A stretch of 64,000 bases of DNA from Octopus vulgaris (GCA_951406725.2 OX597819.1:21018001-21082000); one strand, 5' to 3'; positions 13,461-27,869 are shown, numbered from the stretch's first letter. Numbers and translations: made by a program. The notes: generated by a model from the letters alone, not told the origin.

Positions 13461-14383
13461 TTCATTATTCACGGTTAAAGAAATACATTGTTATCATCAT
13501 CTTTATATTGTTATCGTTTCATTATTATGTTATCATTGTTCATATTATTAGTATTGGTATGGTGAATATTATTTTTACTCTTTTTTTTATTATCATGGCC
13601 ATCGTTTCTATCTAGAATTCATCTTTTCAACGTCATGTTTGACTGAATGAATTAATCTCAATCGAAGTGTATCAATTTATGTTGTATTATTTTTAATTTG
13701 ATGTTTTTCATATGAAAAGTCCTTTGAATCATTATAACTACCTTGTTTTGTTTTTCTTACTTTTGTTGCTGTTGTTAACCGTTGTTGTTGTTTTTTTTTT
13801 GTGGTTGTTGCTGCTGTTGTTGTAATTTTTATTGTTGTTGTCATTGTTGATGTGTGCCTGTCTATTTATTGCATTATCTGCAACAATGGATACGGTGTAA
13901 AGATTGCCGGAATTTCTCTGTAAATTATTGGAAACAATAAGATGACCAGGACTTGTTCACTAGAGTGTTTCCAACGGAAAATGAACAAAGCAAGTGTGTA
14001 AATGAATGAATCAATATGTTAACAGAATTAGACAGTAAAAAAGAGGGAGTAGGAGGAGGAAGTCGAATAGAAGGAGGAGGAGGAGGGAGAGAACAAAGTC
14101 TGTTAAGATAATCAGGAAGATACCAGATAACTATTGGTCGTCTCTTTACATCGCTTTTATCTATTCAGAATCTGTGTTCGTGTCTTATCTCTGTCTACGA
14201 TCATCAACGGCCCGCTTAGTGGTTTGTAGTCAATGTCTGTCTTGACGGAATACTGTTTTGTTTTCAATTATTGTGTATGTTATTGATAGTTCGGTTAAGA
14301 GAAAGAAAATGAATAAAGGTAAATTCTCTTTCCACTCTGTGTTGCACCACATGGGGCCTCCGTTGTGGTTTTCAGCAGCTAGT

Positions 14384-14439
<56 letters not shown>

Positions 14440-15665
14440 GAACCGAGAGACGGAGAGATGGGGTATTGTTTCCCAGTTGTGTTACAGGTTACTGCTAACC
14501 GCATCGATTAGTATTTAGCATTTATGTCTACTATGAGCTGCCAATAACGCTGTAAATTCCCCCAGAAGGTTAATCTGTGTTCGCCTCTCTTGATGACAAT
14601 ATAATCTAGAGTATATATTAACAATAATTAACAATATAGAATATGGAGACTTATTCATCGTTAAGATTTTTTTCTCTTATTTTATAATTTTTCATGCAGC
14701 ATATGTCTATAGCTCTTACGAGCTACACGTATTTTCTCTGCACAAAGTACGGGCAGTTTTATATGCAACCGGACTTGATTTTCTATGCAGCTTTTTCAGG
14801 GTCTATCCATTTCGCTTGTTTGCCAGTGTGGAAGTTGGAATAGAATATGTATGTATTTTTATGTATGTATGCACGCATGTATGTATGTGTTTATGCATGT
14901 GTGTATGTGTACGTTATAAAGTCTTACAGATTGCTGTTTCTTGAAATAACAAATCAGTTGACATTCCATGGTGCAATTCTACCGCTTTTCTATTTCAAAA
15001 TATTAAGCCCCTTATTATTCTGCCTATTTCCCTATTTTGTTATAGCTTATGATGGCAAATAAATAAATAGTTTGTTCTTTCTATGACGCTAGCTAATAAC
15101 TTCAAATGTCATACATTTATTGATTTATAGGCTGTGGTCCAACACATGTTTCAGAGTAGTGAGCATTTTCGTAACAATGACTGTACCCTGTGTGTAATAA
15201 AATCATTATGGAATCAGCAACATTAAGTTTTATATGGAAAACCGCGTTGACTCGTGGTTAGGGTGTTGCAACCATGATAGCAAGATTGTGATTTCGACTC
15301 CTGGACTGCGCGACGCGCTGTCGTTTTGAAGAAACATGTTAGATCACGATGCTCTACGATGACGTCGATACCTGACGTCCGATAGAAAGAAAAGAGGTAA
15401 AGGAAAGAAAATATCAGGAACCAAATAAATGAGAAGTATAGAATGATATGCAAATGAAATTAAACCTGAAAGTCTTGGAAAAAGATATAACTAGTGAAAG
15501 TGAAATGTAAGAAGCAAATCAATGTTTAAATTATATATAATGATAAATATCACGTATATGAACTGAAGGTGTGTTTCTGCCAATGTTTACATCGGTAAGA
15601 ACTCTCGAAAACCGTGTTTACAATCGGATTTTAGAAATAAAAAATAAAAAAACTATTTCAGAATT

Positions 15666-15910
15666 ACATACAAAAACCGTTAGATTTACTTCAATATTTA
15701 AATTTAATTTGTGTCGAAATATTTTCGTCGCTCTGAAACCGTGATCTGTTCACTGACAAAACTTTAGCACGAAGTTTTTTCATTGAACTGGTCACGGTCT
15801 CAAAGTGACGAAAATATTTCGACTCAAATTAAATTTAAATGATGAAGAGAATCTAACGGTTTTTGTATGTTTTCAAATGACTTATAAACGTCTTCCACGC
15901 TGCAATTGTT
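15666..15910. mobile_element. Palindromic PLE terminal-repeat element with inverted HHR pair and 3' tail
   Basis: Inverted arms 15666-15764 / 15772-15870, then a unique 40-bp tail ending at (TA)n. Confidence 0.8.
15712..15758 (-). ncRNA. Hammerhead motif, G3:C8 core variant
   Basis: Minus strand tgtca GTGAACA gatcac-ggtttcaga-gcgac GAAA atat TT cgaca; the mirror arm gives perfect stem II gtcac/gtgac but a decayed core. Confidence 0.6.
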
Positions 15911-15922
15911 TATATATATATA

Positions 15923-16135
15923 GTTAATCCAAACAAGAAAACACAAAAAAACACAGCAACGTGAGGACGTGGAACAAATAAAGTATTATTGGACGCTCAG
16001 GAAAGAAGGGAAGGAGGGTTTAACGTTTCGAGCGGAGCTCTTCGTCGGAAACAAAGGAGAAGGAAAGATCCCGAGAAGGGAAGACAGAGGAAAAAAATTG
16101 CTGGCGGTGCTCACTAGGTCACATGTTGAAAGCAT
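15923..16135 (-). mobile_element. PLE terminal-repeat fragment carrying an HHR
   Basis: Abuts (TA)n; homologous to 63685-63846 (+); contains the motif at 16018-16052. Confidence 0.75.
16018..16052 (-). ncRNA. Minimal hammerhead motif (C4 variant)
   Basis: gttt CCGACGA a gagc-tcc-gctc GAAA cg TT aaac; stems I and II perfect, palindromic AACGTT stem III. Confidence 0.8.
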
Positions 16136-16179
16136 ATATATATCAAAGTTTGGTACAACGACAGCTCTTTCAAGTGTCG

Positions 16180-16355
16180 AGTGAACTCGAGTACATGGAC
16201 CTTAGTGCCGATCCGGTGCTTATCCTATTGACACTGAAATGATAAAAGGCAAAATTAAATTCAGCGGAACTTGACCTCAAAGTGTAAAGTCGTGCGAAAT
16301 GCCCCGCTTAGCATTTTGGCCTGCGTGCTAACGATTCTGCCAGATCATCGCCTTA
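16180..16355 (-). mobile_element. Degenerate SINE family B
   Basis: cgtgctaacgattctgccagatcatcgcc is the reverse complement of the family head. Confidence 0.7.
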
Positions 16356-17354
16356 AAGCTCGTAAAGATATGCCATATATAATGTAGAGCAGGCGATTCT
16401 TCACAAACGTGAAAACCACTTAGCTCGAATGCTTTTCATTGCACGTCTCCAAGATAATGTGAGAACAAGGAAATTAGTACAACTTAAACAATTTGTAGCC
16501 TGCAAGTTACAGAAAATATCTGTGTATAGTTGCTTAATCCGGCAATATAAAATATCTAGGCCTGGTTTGGTTTTCTCAAGTCCATTATACGAGATCCATA
16601 GTGCATAAGTGACCGAAGTGATATCATTCCTCTAAACCCGACGGTGAACTGCGAAAAGTTCAAGGCCAGTAATTTTTCGGGTAGGAGAGTTGACTGCATC
16701 AAACCCAATGTCTGTCTGTCGGTTTATGTTGTGCAACGCGATGGGGAGAAAGCTAGAGTCAACCTCGGCAGGATTTGATCTCCGGAAGCAAAAACATTAA
16801 ATACATTTTCTGGAAGAAACACAAGATTACGTGATCTTGGATGGCAGATTTTGACTGTTTATCTATCGTTGAGTTCTGTGTTTAAATAACCAGATAAGGG
16901 AATTTATAAGCTTCTTGAGAGGGTTAAATGGAAGTTAGCTTTAACATGAGATGCGAAAACATCAAAACACTATAAATTTTATACAGGACACGTTGAAGAT
17001 TAATATTTGTATAGCTAAAGTAGAATTAGAAGAATTTTTGCGAAGAGTAACTATAAAGCGTCAAGAATTTAATAAACAAATTAAATTTGCTAAATTTGTT
17101 TTTGGTTTTTCATTGTATTCAAACAAAACACGGATGTATGTTTTTTTTATATATTTATTTCAAGAAGAGGCACATTGAAATCGCTGAAAAATAAGCGAAG
17201 CACGTTTGTTTTCCATAACACGTATACACACACACACTTACAAACGCAAATACAACCATTCGTTTATTATATCTGTGTGTATGAATTTTTGTGCGTGTGT
17301 TAGGAGACCAACAAGACATTTATAGAAAAGCAGTTCCGTTGAAGCCACTCGAGC

Positions 17355-17778
17355 ACTCTTACTCCTTTACTCTTTTACTTGTTTCAGTCATTTGACTGCC
17401 TGCGGCCATGCTGGAGCAGCGCCTTTAATCGAGCAACTCGACCCCGAGACTTATTCTTTTGTAAGCCAAGTACTCATGCTATCGGTCTCTCTTGCCGAAC
17501 CGCTAAGTAACGGGGACATAAACTCACCAGCATCGGTTGTCAAGCAATGCTAGGGGGACAAACACAGACACACAAACACACACACGCATATATATATATG
17601 TATATATATAAACATATATACGACGGGCTTCTTTCAGTTTCCGTCTACCAAATCCACTCACAAGGCTTTGGTCGGCCTGAGGCTATAGTAGAAGACACTT
17701 GCCCAAGGTGCCACGCAGTGGGACTGAACTCGGTACCATGTGGTTGGTAAACAAGCTACTTACCACACAGCCACTCCT
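17355..17778 (-). mobile_element. SINE family A, full length
   Basis: Reverse complement of 6324-6748, with short tandem tail repeats. Confidence 0.9.
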
Positions 17779-18089
17779 ATCTTACAAGTGGTTCTCAGCA
17801 ACGTACTTACGAACTGCTTTGAAACAAATTTACAAGGGTAGAATGACGCAGTTGGGTTGATGCGGCCCATCAAAATATATCATATAATATTTGTCACAAG
17901 ACTAAACAAAATTAATGAAAATGACTTTGATAGTGAACTACGGAACGATGAAAGAATAAGTCAGAAACATGTTGTTATGCTCAGAATTGATTTCATAGTA
18001 TACATACAAATATACATATAAATATACACATGCATACACAAATATAAATATCTATATATGATTTAATGCATACAGGATTTACACATGTG

Positions 18090-18380
18090 CTATTTGAAGT
18101 TCGATACTTGGAGCTCGGCAAATGCAGTATTCGGATGGAATTTTTTGCATGCCGTGCACGATACGGCGATCGTTTAGGCTCATATAGCATAGCTTCTCCG
18201 CGAACAAATACTACATAAAGATTTGCAAACATTCCAATGAACAAATAAAGTTAGAAGGCTAACCATATTCGGAACCCGAACGACAGTAAAATACAACAGA
18301 GCGTTAAGAGGCGGAAATTAAGAGTTCTAGGCCACGGTTCAACAAGTCCAGAAGGTGCTCGTCCTGCATAACCGATGAGC
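18090..18380 (+). mobile_element. Possible RTE-like LINE 3' relic
   Basis: gttaagaggcggaaattaagagttctaggccac reads VKRRKLRVLGH, resembling the RTE C-terminal xRRKLRxxGH motif. Confidence 0.35.
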
Positions 18381-19130
18381 ACACACTTTCTATATTCGTT
18401 ATAAGTTCTGTATCCAATTTCTAAACTTAAGAGTCGAAATGTTTACACGATATATGCATCTAAACAATTTTCAAGTATCGAACTGAAATATACTCCTTTG
18501 CAATGGATTATGCGTAGATTTCAACAAATTTAACCACTCCATCATTAGTCTATCCTCTCCAGTGACAACATCACCTAGTCAAAATACATAATTCATACAG
18601 TACTAAGATTCTATATGAATTTAATAACTGCAAGATCAGAACCATGGTTCTATGACTGTACTTTTCATTGAAAGTTTCTTAACATTTTCCCCATTACTGA
18701 CCATGTTATTTGAGATTGAATCATTGCCAATTGTGCAAAGCACGCTGTACATGTCGGTCGCATTACTGCATTATCTGAGCTTAAATCACAAAGTAGCTTA
18801 CATATAATTCACGTATTCATAAAAATAGTGTTTACTTTTTTTGCAGGTTTGGATGCACACGTTGAAGTATTTATATTATACTGGTGTTAAGAATTTCCTT
18901 GTGAAAACATATTTCTACTCTAAAGATTTCATTCATTGTTCAGAATATATTGGACTGTTTCTATGCGTGATTATAGATACAAAGAGTAATATATACAAAC
19001 ATACAGACACAAAGCCAAACACCATATATCTGCGCGCTAGCTTATAAATGCATAAATATATGCAAACTGCTAGTTCTAAAATTTCTCTAAGAGATCAACG
19101 CAGAAGTTGTATTCACAAGTAATATTCGTA

Positions 19131-19317
19131 GCCACTTTAACATGGCCGTCCGTCCCAGCGGACTCTCCTGCGAGTTTTTACACCAAGAGGACAACTCCTC
19201 CATCTGGCTAACGGTGCACAGTTACATCCGATAAATTTGTGACTAGTGGAGCGAACACCTACCATCCCCTAGCTAGCAATGGGACCTGTAGACCATTTTC
19301 TACTTTGTTTTATTTTC

Positions 19318-19360
<43 letters not shown>

Positions 19361-19920
19361 CCCCCTTAACATGGCTGTCCGTTCGAGCGGACTCTATTGC
19401 ATTATTTCAACCCGAAGAGGATACCTCCTCTAGCTGGCTAACGATGCATAGCTGCATCCGATAAAATTGTGAGCACGGAAACGAGCCTCTACCATCTGCT
19501 AGTGACAGAACCAGTAGAGTAGTCCTTGTTTCGGTCTATTTCTGCCACTCGTCAGAGTGTTAAAATGGCTACGAATATAACTTGTCAGTACAACTACTGC
19601 GTCGATCACTTCGAGAGATTTTAAACTCGCTTTTTGCTCATTGCAAAGTCAGCGACAGTGTGTTCACTTCAAATATATATATATTGCATCAGAAGCGAGT
19701 TGGTATGATCTATGTCAGACGAGGATTCCTTACTGCGGAGTGGCAGAAATAGCCCGAAACCAGGACTGGTATACTGGTCCCATCACTAGGAGATCATAGT
19801 CGTTGGCTTCCCTTCAAGCAAATTTATCGGATGCAGCTGTGCATCGTTTACAGATATGTGTCCTCTTCTGGTTACGAAATCGCAGTAGAGTCTACTCGAA
19901 CGGACAATCATGTTCGTTAG
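19131..19920. mobile_element. Three related PLE-like terminal repeats: one direct copy plus an inverted pair with degenerate HHRs
   Basis: 19131-19300 and 19360-19560 are direct repeats; 19730-19915 is inverted; minus CTGACGA...GAAA at 19521-19557 and plus CTGCGGA...GAAA at 19733-19770; (TA)n tracts at 19321 and 19941. Confidence 0.65.
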
Positions 19921-19933
19921 AGTAGACTCTATA

Positions 19934-19980
<47 letters not shown>

Positions 19981-20044
19981 TTATTTTCTATTCATTTATT
20001 TGTGAGTGTGTGTGTAAATATCTCCCTGTGTCGGTGTGTATACC

Positions 20045-20347
20045 TATATCACCATGATTACCGTGACCGACCAGGCTATCAGATGTTGCTATACATCGCT
20101 AGTCACAATGCGCTTCGCATTGTTTTAGCCTTCAAATGACTCCACCCCGCTAGCTAAGCGAGCAGGCCAACAGGAGAAAGAGAGAGAAAGTTGTGGCGAA
20201 AGAATACAGCAGGGATCGCCACAGCCCCCTGTCGGAGTCTCGTGAAGCTTTAGGTGTTTTCGCTCGATAAACAGCGGTCTGGGAATCGAAACCGCGATCC
20301 TAAAACTGCGAGTCCGCTGCCCTAACCCCTGGGCCATTGCGCCTCCA
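20045..20347 (-). mobile_element. tRNA-derived SINE family C
   Basis: Minus strand ggaggcgcaatggcccaggggttagggcagcggactc...ggtttcgattccc with A and B boxes; related pieces at 58220-58300 and 62245-62400. Confidence 0.8.
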
Positions 20348-21186
20348 CGTATACCTATGTATGCATATACAAAAACATGTACATACATACTCAGATATAT
20401 TGACAAGCACACGTTGTTACACTGGCAAGTTACATGTTGCCAAAATGTTAAACTGTTTCTTAACCTTGCTCTGTATCTGTGCCTCGAGGTTACACAGAAC
20501 ATTGGCGACACTGACTCCAACTTTGTTCTTGTACATGCTTGGTAGGATTGCAGTCATGACATATATACGGCAAATACCTTTATAGACAGATGGATAGTCG
20601 GCCTGCTTTATAGACACACAGAAAGTTACGTATGAGATTGTACTTTTATGTTCGTGTGTATGTATCACGCAGCTAAATTATATTCAGACAAGTGATATAA
20701 AATAATTATATTTGCCTGAGCAATGCACTTTAGCCTAAAGTACTATCTATCTGCTCTCCGTAGACGCAAACTTTGCTGTTATTCCTGGATAAATATATTC
20801 ATGGCACCGAGACATCCAACGCAATGTCTGCTCTGTTGGTTTGCGTTACAATTACAAATCATTAAAGTCACAGACGTTTTCTTTCCTCCTATTTTATTCT
20901 CCACCATCAAAACCATTTTGTTTGGTTAAATATGATATTTAAGTTCTTTCCTTTTTTATTTATATTTATTTTGTACATTTGTAGAAGATTATTATTCAGT
21001 TGTAAGTTTGCAATTGTTATATTTGTTCGAACTATCGTCATAATCATCGCGGTTTTTCTCCATGCTGCTGTTACTAATTATAGAAAGAAATATTTATTTT
21101 CTTACCAGTTTTATTTTTTTGTTCGCTAGTTTCAGCTCAGAGCTGTGGCCATGCTGATGCACCGCCGTTTTGCTACACTGTTATTA

Positions 21187-21685
21187 CTAAGAACCTCCTC
21201 CTATAATATGTGGCACTTGGAGAAGCATGGAGTCTGATATAGCAGCCCTCATTTGCACCTTTTGCCGTGAGGTAGGTTCATCTGGGACTTTCGATAGGAA
21301 GAGGTCCAGTTTTGATTTAAAAACTGCTACATCTACTTTGTGCATGTTCCTCAGACTCTTTGGGAGAACATTAAAAAGTGGGCCCTTGAAACCCAGGCTG
21401 TTGCAGTAACTGGTCCGGAAGCGTGATGGCATTGCTGGGACCTTTGGCACTATGCAGCGTCGTCCCGTTCTGGTATTGGTGTAGCTTTCAATGCCAAAAT
21501 TTGGCACAGTTCCTTCCAGGATCTTTCAGATATATATTACTGCATACCTCTCCCGCCTTCTCTCCAGGGAGTAGAGTCTTAACTGTTTCAACCTTTCCCA
21601 GTAGCTGAGCTGTTGCAAAGAGACGATCGTCTTTTTGAATCTTCTCTGGATTGCTTCAAGGTCCGCTGTTAATTTCACACTGGTT
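21187..21685 (-). mobile_element. CR1/L2-like LINE RT 3' fragment
   Basis: KLTADLEAIQRRF...SYWERLKQLRLYSLERRRERYAVIYI and FKSKLDLFLSKVPDEP; homologous to 42084-42650. Confidence 0.85.
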
Positions 21686-22254
21686 GTATACATTTTGAGG
21701 GTTGTTTCTATACGGAAGTTGTGATATGCAAGTAATTGTAACCAGATATACACATTATCGATTTCCGGAAAAAATAAGGAGCTACAAATTAGATAATTTA
21801 ACGACGAATAAATAAATAATGGGATATTCTAGGTCGGGACATTTTATTCATAGCTGTGCTCGATGAGTTTAGATACGGCTAAACAAACAGCAGCAACCGA
21901 TCAACATTGGGATGTATTTTATTCGGCTGATATTTTTATTTAATAGTGTTTTACTTTAGGCTAAATAAAACAATATGCTAATGTCACATAAATGGGATTT
22001 TACACGTTATGAATCAAAGATAAGTAATATTCCATTACAAAGATTTCTTTGCTAGAATATGTTTCACGATTGCTTCTTTTCAGCGAAATATTGGTCAAGT
22101 GTTTTCTAACGTAGCTTGGGTTCCTGCAAAGCCTTATAGCTTAGGTGACTTAGTAGAGCTTTTAATACTTGTGGAGTAGTCCAAGTAAAACAACTGCCTT
22201 GTCCTGGATGCAATTATTTGGGCCATGTCTACATTGTGATCTCTACCTCCATCC

Positions 22255-23340
22255 GTCACGCCTGCTCTTCTCGTGTAAGATAAAGGATCTTTCGCATCGC
22301 AGATAGAAGAGACGGGCTATAAGTACTTAGGGATATTGAAAATGGATAATTTAATGCAGAAAGAAATGACAGAAACATTTCAGGTGGAGTACTTGCGCAG
22401 ACGGAGATTGATACGTAATTCGAAATTAAACGGACGGAAGAATAATGAACTATCAACACCTGGGCGGTTTCAATCCTTATATATGGAGCAGGAGTAATCG
22501 CATGGACAGTAGACAAACTGAGCAGCTTAGACAGAAAGACAGAAGTTGCTGATTCGATATGGGATACGTAAATGTAAAACAAAGAAAAAAGACGACAGTG
22601 GATGACTACAAGTGATTTGAATCCGGAAAGGGAGTCTCTAATCTGAATCGCCCAATTGCAAGTACTAGGAATGAAATACGTGAAATGCAGAACACACAAC
22701 ACAGGAGAGAGTGATAAGTACAGAATCTGTGGACAGAATGGTGAAACCGTATGTCATTTTACCAGCTAGTGTACGCCACTAGCCCAGAAAGAAAATAAGA
22801 GACCTCATGACAATATAGCAAGGATTGGACTTTGCAACAAGTTTTGACTTGACAGAGCAAAAGAGTGGTACGAACATAAACCCGAAGGCATCATCGAAAA
22901 TGATAATGCAAAGATCCAATGGGATTTTAGGATTCAATGCGACCATGATATTGAAAATAGGAAGCCAGACATAGTGTTTATTGAGAAAGAAAGCAAACGA
23001 TGCTGGATCATAGATATAGCATGCTCAGCTGACAACAGGGTATGTGATAAGGAGGAAAGAAATGTTAACTTGCGAGGTTAAGCAATTTTGGTCAGCGAAA
23101 AGATGGTAGTATTACCATTAATTTTCGGAGCCCCGCGAAAATTGGGGGAACATCTTGAGAATTACATGGAACAAATAAGGGTTGCAATAAAGGTGTAGCA
23201 CTTGCAGAAAATAGCACTGCTTGGAACCGCTGGAATACTCCGGATGGTGCTCGAAAAATAAGGATTGTTAACCTTAGTTCATTGGTAGTGAATAGCTGAC
23301 ACCATAGTACAACTCCTGCATTAGGAGCTGTGAGAGTACA
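22255..23340 (+). mobile_element. R4/Dong-like LINE 3' fragment
   Basis: GYKYLGILK, INTWAVSILIYGAG, RICGQNGETVCHFTS, RKPDIVFIEK; homologous to 10160-11070. Confidence 0.85.
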
Positions 23341-23547
23341 GTAAACAACAACAATGATGATAATAATAATAATAACAACAGCAACAACAATAATAGTGCC
23401 AAGGAGTTCTAGAGCGGATTATGTGGAAGCGCTGAGCATAGAAGGGAGGTAATATGGAGAGGAACTCTGTTAATTTCCTCCTAGTAATTCTGTATTGAAA
23501 GTAATATTGTCTTAAGCACGGTTGATGTGAAATAACAAGTCGGTAAA

Positions 23548-23800
23548 GTGCATTATTTACATTCAACGGATATTTGTCCTCAGGTTGTTTGTTGTTAACA
23601 CAATGTGTCGCGTGATATACCCTCCAGCATTCATCAGGTGTCTTGGGGAAATTTCGAACCTGGGTTAAAAATTTCCCAAGAAACCTGATGAAGGTTGCAG
23701 GGTATATCAGCAGAAACGTTGTTAACAAAAAATATGAGGACAAATATCCTTTGAATGTAAATAATGCACATAATTCCTCATCTCTTAAATATAGAACTGT
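23548..23800. mobile_element. 253-bp palindromic double-HHR element with 11-bp TSD
   Basis: Inverted arms span 23548-23769, followed by a 31-bp tail; aagtcggtaaa is duplicated at 23537-23547 and 23801-23811. Confidence 0.9.
23682..23723 (+). ncRNA. Hammerhead motif (canonical core)
   Basis: aac CTGATGA aggttg-cagggtatat-cagca GAAA cg TT gtt; mirror copy on the minus strand at 23598-23641 has GAAA decayed to GACA. Confidence 0.75.
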
Positions 23801-24669
23801 AAGTCGGTAAATTGCCTAACTGGAAAGCCCCCGGACCAGATGAGATTCATGGCTTCTGGCTGAAGAGATGCCACGCAGAGCATGAAAGACTAGCAGTCCA
23901 ATTGAACGAGTGTGTCCAGAAAGTTATAGCCCCCTCGGTGATGGTAACTGGGAGGACAACACTTTTAATGCAAGATAGAAGAAAGGAGAATAATATGGGA
24001 AACATCCGTCCCATAGCATGCCTAAACTTAATCTGGAAGATACTGGAATATGTGTGGCAAAGTCATACACTTTCCTGGCGCAAGAAGAAATTCTACCCAG
24101 GGAACAAAAAGGATGTAGGAGGAGTTCTCAAGGTGCCAAAGATCACTTGTTCATCGATAAGACAGTTTTGAGGCATTGTGAAAAAACATCATACAAATAT
24201 GTATAGGGCTTGGATTGACTTAAAGAAGGCATTTGATATGATGCCTCTTTCTTGGATCGTTGAATGCCTGCAGATATGGCGTTGCTGACAACATTACGAA
24301 CTTTATGCAGCATAGTATGAAAGAGCGGAGAACCAAATTGTACTCAAGTAATGTATTCCTTGGAGAAGTTAATATTAAAAGGGGAATCTTCCAAGGTGAT
24401 TCCTTTTCTCCGGTACTTTTTGTAATTGCATTAATACCTATAACAATGATACTTAGGAAAGTTGAGGTGAGTTACGGATATGGTAAGATAGGCCTATCAT
24501 TCAACTGTCTTCTGTTATTGGATGACATAAAATTGTTTGGAAAATCTGAAAAACAGATAGATTCCTTAACCAAAACAGTCCAGAAGTGTGGTAGTGAAAT
24601 TGGCATGGAATGCGTGACTACCAAGTTCTCAGTACTTAATATGTAAAGAAGGAAGAAAGTAGAGACTTA

Positions 24670-24929
24670 ACTTCTTGATATACCAAACATTTCTGCTGTT
24701 TTTGTTACGCTACCGCCTACCAGACGAACACCAACAATTTGACCTCTTTGAAAGTCTGATAGATCTGAATTTTAATTCTCTTTTTCTGATGATATCTAAA
24801 ACGAAACAGCAATTTTAACAAAGCATATTAAATAACATTAATATTAAATAAAAATTTAACGATTTTTTAGATATATCGAAATTACGATGCTATGATTCAA
24901 GGTGATTCCATTATTTTGTCCAACCCCTG
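24670..24929 (-). mobile_element. Tc1-like DNA transposon 5' end
   Basis: Minus strand TA|caggggttggacaaaataatggaa terminus, then DLSDFQRGQIVGVRLVGGSVTKTAEMFGISRS (Tc1 N-terminal HTH); truncated. Confidence 0.8.
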
Positions 24930-25158
24930 TATATATATATATATATAAAATTACATGATCATATGTGGGTGTGGTGGGGTTACGTATCGATATATTGCAC
25001 GAAGGCCAGTTTTTCTTCTTTTCCCTGTCTCAGTCTAAACGTCCTTCACAAAAACGAATTTTTTAATATGTACTGTAGTAAACCGCCATTACTTAATTTT
25101 TCATGTCAAATTCTTTTGATATATAAATTGACATGTAAAAAAGTATCTTTCTGTACGT

Positions 25159-25159
<1 letters not shown>

Positions 25160-25189
<30 letters not shown>

Positions 25190-25205
25190 CATACACACAC
25201 ATATA

Positions 25206-25241
<36 letters not shown>

Positions 25242-25793
25242 CACACACACATACATATATATATATACACACACACATACATATATATATACACACACAC
25301 ACATATATGTACATACACATATATACATATATCTATACACACACATTATATATATATATACAAATATATATACACGCACACATATATATGTGTATACATA
25401 TATATATAAACACACACATATATATATGTATACATATATATATATACACAAACATATATATATATATATACATATATATACACACATATATATATACATA
25501 TATATATACACACACACATATATATACATATATATATATATATACACACACACACATATATATACATATATATATATACACACACATATATATGTATATA
25601 CATATATATATATACACACACATATATATACACACACACACACATATATATATACATATATATATACACACACACACATATATATACATATATATATATA
25701 CACACACATATATACATATATATATACACACACACATATATACATATATATATATACACACACACACACACATATACATATATACACAAACAC

Positions 25794-25832
<39 letters not shown>

Positions 25833-25905
25833 TATATACATATATATACACACACACACACACACATATATATATACACATACATATATATAGACACATA
25901 CATAC
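25160..25905. repeat. Compound (TA)n/(CA)n microsatellite array
   Basis: Directly visible. Confidence 0.95.
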
Positions 25906-26101
25906 GAACTCGCCCGCATACGCTCGTGTGTGTAAGCAGATTGTTTATGTAACTGTAGTCCTGAATGCCTCGGCTGTTTCTTACCCATGATCACCATTTC
26001 TATTGCAGCAAATAAAATTATACGCGTCGTAACAAAGAATTTGTAAAAACTGAGAGACGGATTAACAACTTTTGAAGTCTGAGCATGAAATTAACTTTAT
26101 T

Positions 26102-26168
<67 letters not shown>

Positions 26169-27803
26169 TACACCAACATGTATACCTATGTATATTAATA
26201 TATACATATTGATATATATCCACATACATACACACCCACGCACACACACGTGTATATATATATATATATATATTATATATTTATACATATATATACTCAT
26301 ATATATATGTGCATGTATACATGTATATCTGCATACATATATCTATTTTTAAAGTGCATATATTTGTATGTCGGTGAGAGTATCTGTATTTACATTTATG
26401 TTAATATACATACACACACATATATGCACGCACACACTCATAAGTCAACGTGCACACGCTGACATTCACGAACACATATGCATGGTAGCGTGTGGATGCG
26501 GGGAAAAAGGCCAATTTGTATCGTATGCAAATGTATGTTTATATTTCTACGTATGCATCTTTATGGCAGTGTGGAGTGTGTGCTTGTATGTTCGTGTTAT
26601 TGTGCGTGTGAAAAAGCAACACAATATTATTAACGAAATAATGTTCAGCAAATCTGATTAATTTAAAAAACAATCAATGTCATATTTGTAAAATTACACT
26701 TAACTTTCGGTGCAGCGACATTAAAGATGAGGTTTAAAAAAAAAAAAATTCAAATAAATAAATATTTAAAATGGCGCCTAGTTTGATCTGTTTTAAAATA
26801 TTTGCTTTACATTTCGTCTATAAACGGATAAAAGTAAATCAATTACTGTAAAACATTTTTGTCTAACAACATATATAGGTTTGTTCTACATTTTGCTTAC
26901 TTTGTTGTTTTTTTTATCGTTGTCTCTACATTCTGTCAGCGCGGATATCTCTCCGGCTGACCGCAACTTCATGCGCAGAGCTTAAAATACTTAAACCAAT
27001 TTAGTAATGGAAATAAAAACAAAACACATAAAAATAACAATATTAACAACAACAAGAACATCATTAATAATAATAATAATAATAATAATGATAATAATAA
27101 TAATAACAATATGCTTTGATTAAAATACAAACAATAAACTTCCATATATATAACTATGTATATTTGTCTGGGAATGTTTTATTTTATTTATATACATTGT
27201 CAATCCTGTATTATTTTAAAGGATAAATTTAGAATATATGTACTTGAATTAATTTCCATTATCTTGTGTGTGTATATATATGGCATTGTATGCTGTGTGT
27301 TCAGACAAAGTGTTTTTGAAGTAAAACAAAAACAGGAAACAAATGATCAGGTAATATAAGGCGCCATTTGATTTGTCTCTGTGTTCAATCAATCCCCATC
27401 AAGCGATCGCTTTGGCACATCGGCAGATACAGCCATAAAATTAAACAAACATACAAACCATATATAGTATTATATGTGTGTGTGTATGTGTGTGTGTATG
27501 CATTTCACAGATATTGTGGGTGAATATATACACAATAAAATGGACAAAATCCATTTAGCTTTGGCCAAATAATTAGCCTGTGGTAGTAAGTCCAATGCCG
27601 TATTCAATTATTGTTCATTATGTACTGGGCTATAATTCCATCGAGGCAATTTTTACTTTTATCTTAGCGTTGCCTACATATATATATTCCTCTGTTAAGT
27701 ACTGGCAATGAGTGCCTTTTACACCGGTATATGAGAGCCCCCGGTATTCGTGTCAGTAGGTTTCAACTCCTGTATGTTTCATTCTATGTAGACCGATACA
27801 CCG

Positions 27804-27869
<66 letters not shown>

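Larger units (their letters stand above)
23400..24670 (+). mobile_element. R4/Dong-like LINE reverse transcriptase fragment, interrupted
   Basis: LPNWKAPGPDEIHGFWLK, RPIACL, EQKGCRR, AWIDLKKAFD, KRGIFQGDSFSP, LLLDDIKLFGK; split by the insertion at 23548-23800. Confidence 0.9.

Noticed and set aside
12354-13465. Poly-I/L/N and acidic ORFs
   Set aside because: Trinucleotide microsatellites plus a SINE; no domain or splice support.
24783-24815. CTGATGA...GAAA resembling a hammerhead
   Set aside because: No stem II and no NUH after a stem III; lies inside the Tc1 relic, so a chance match.
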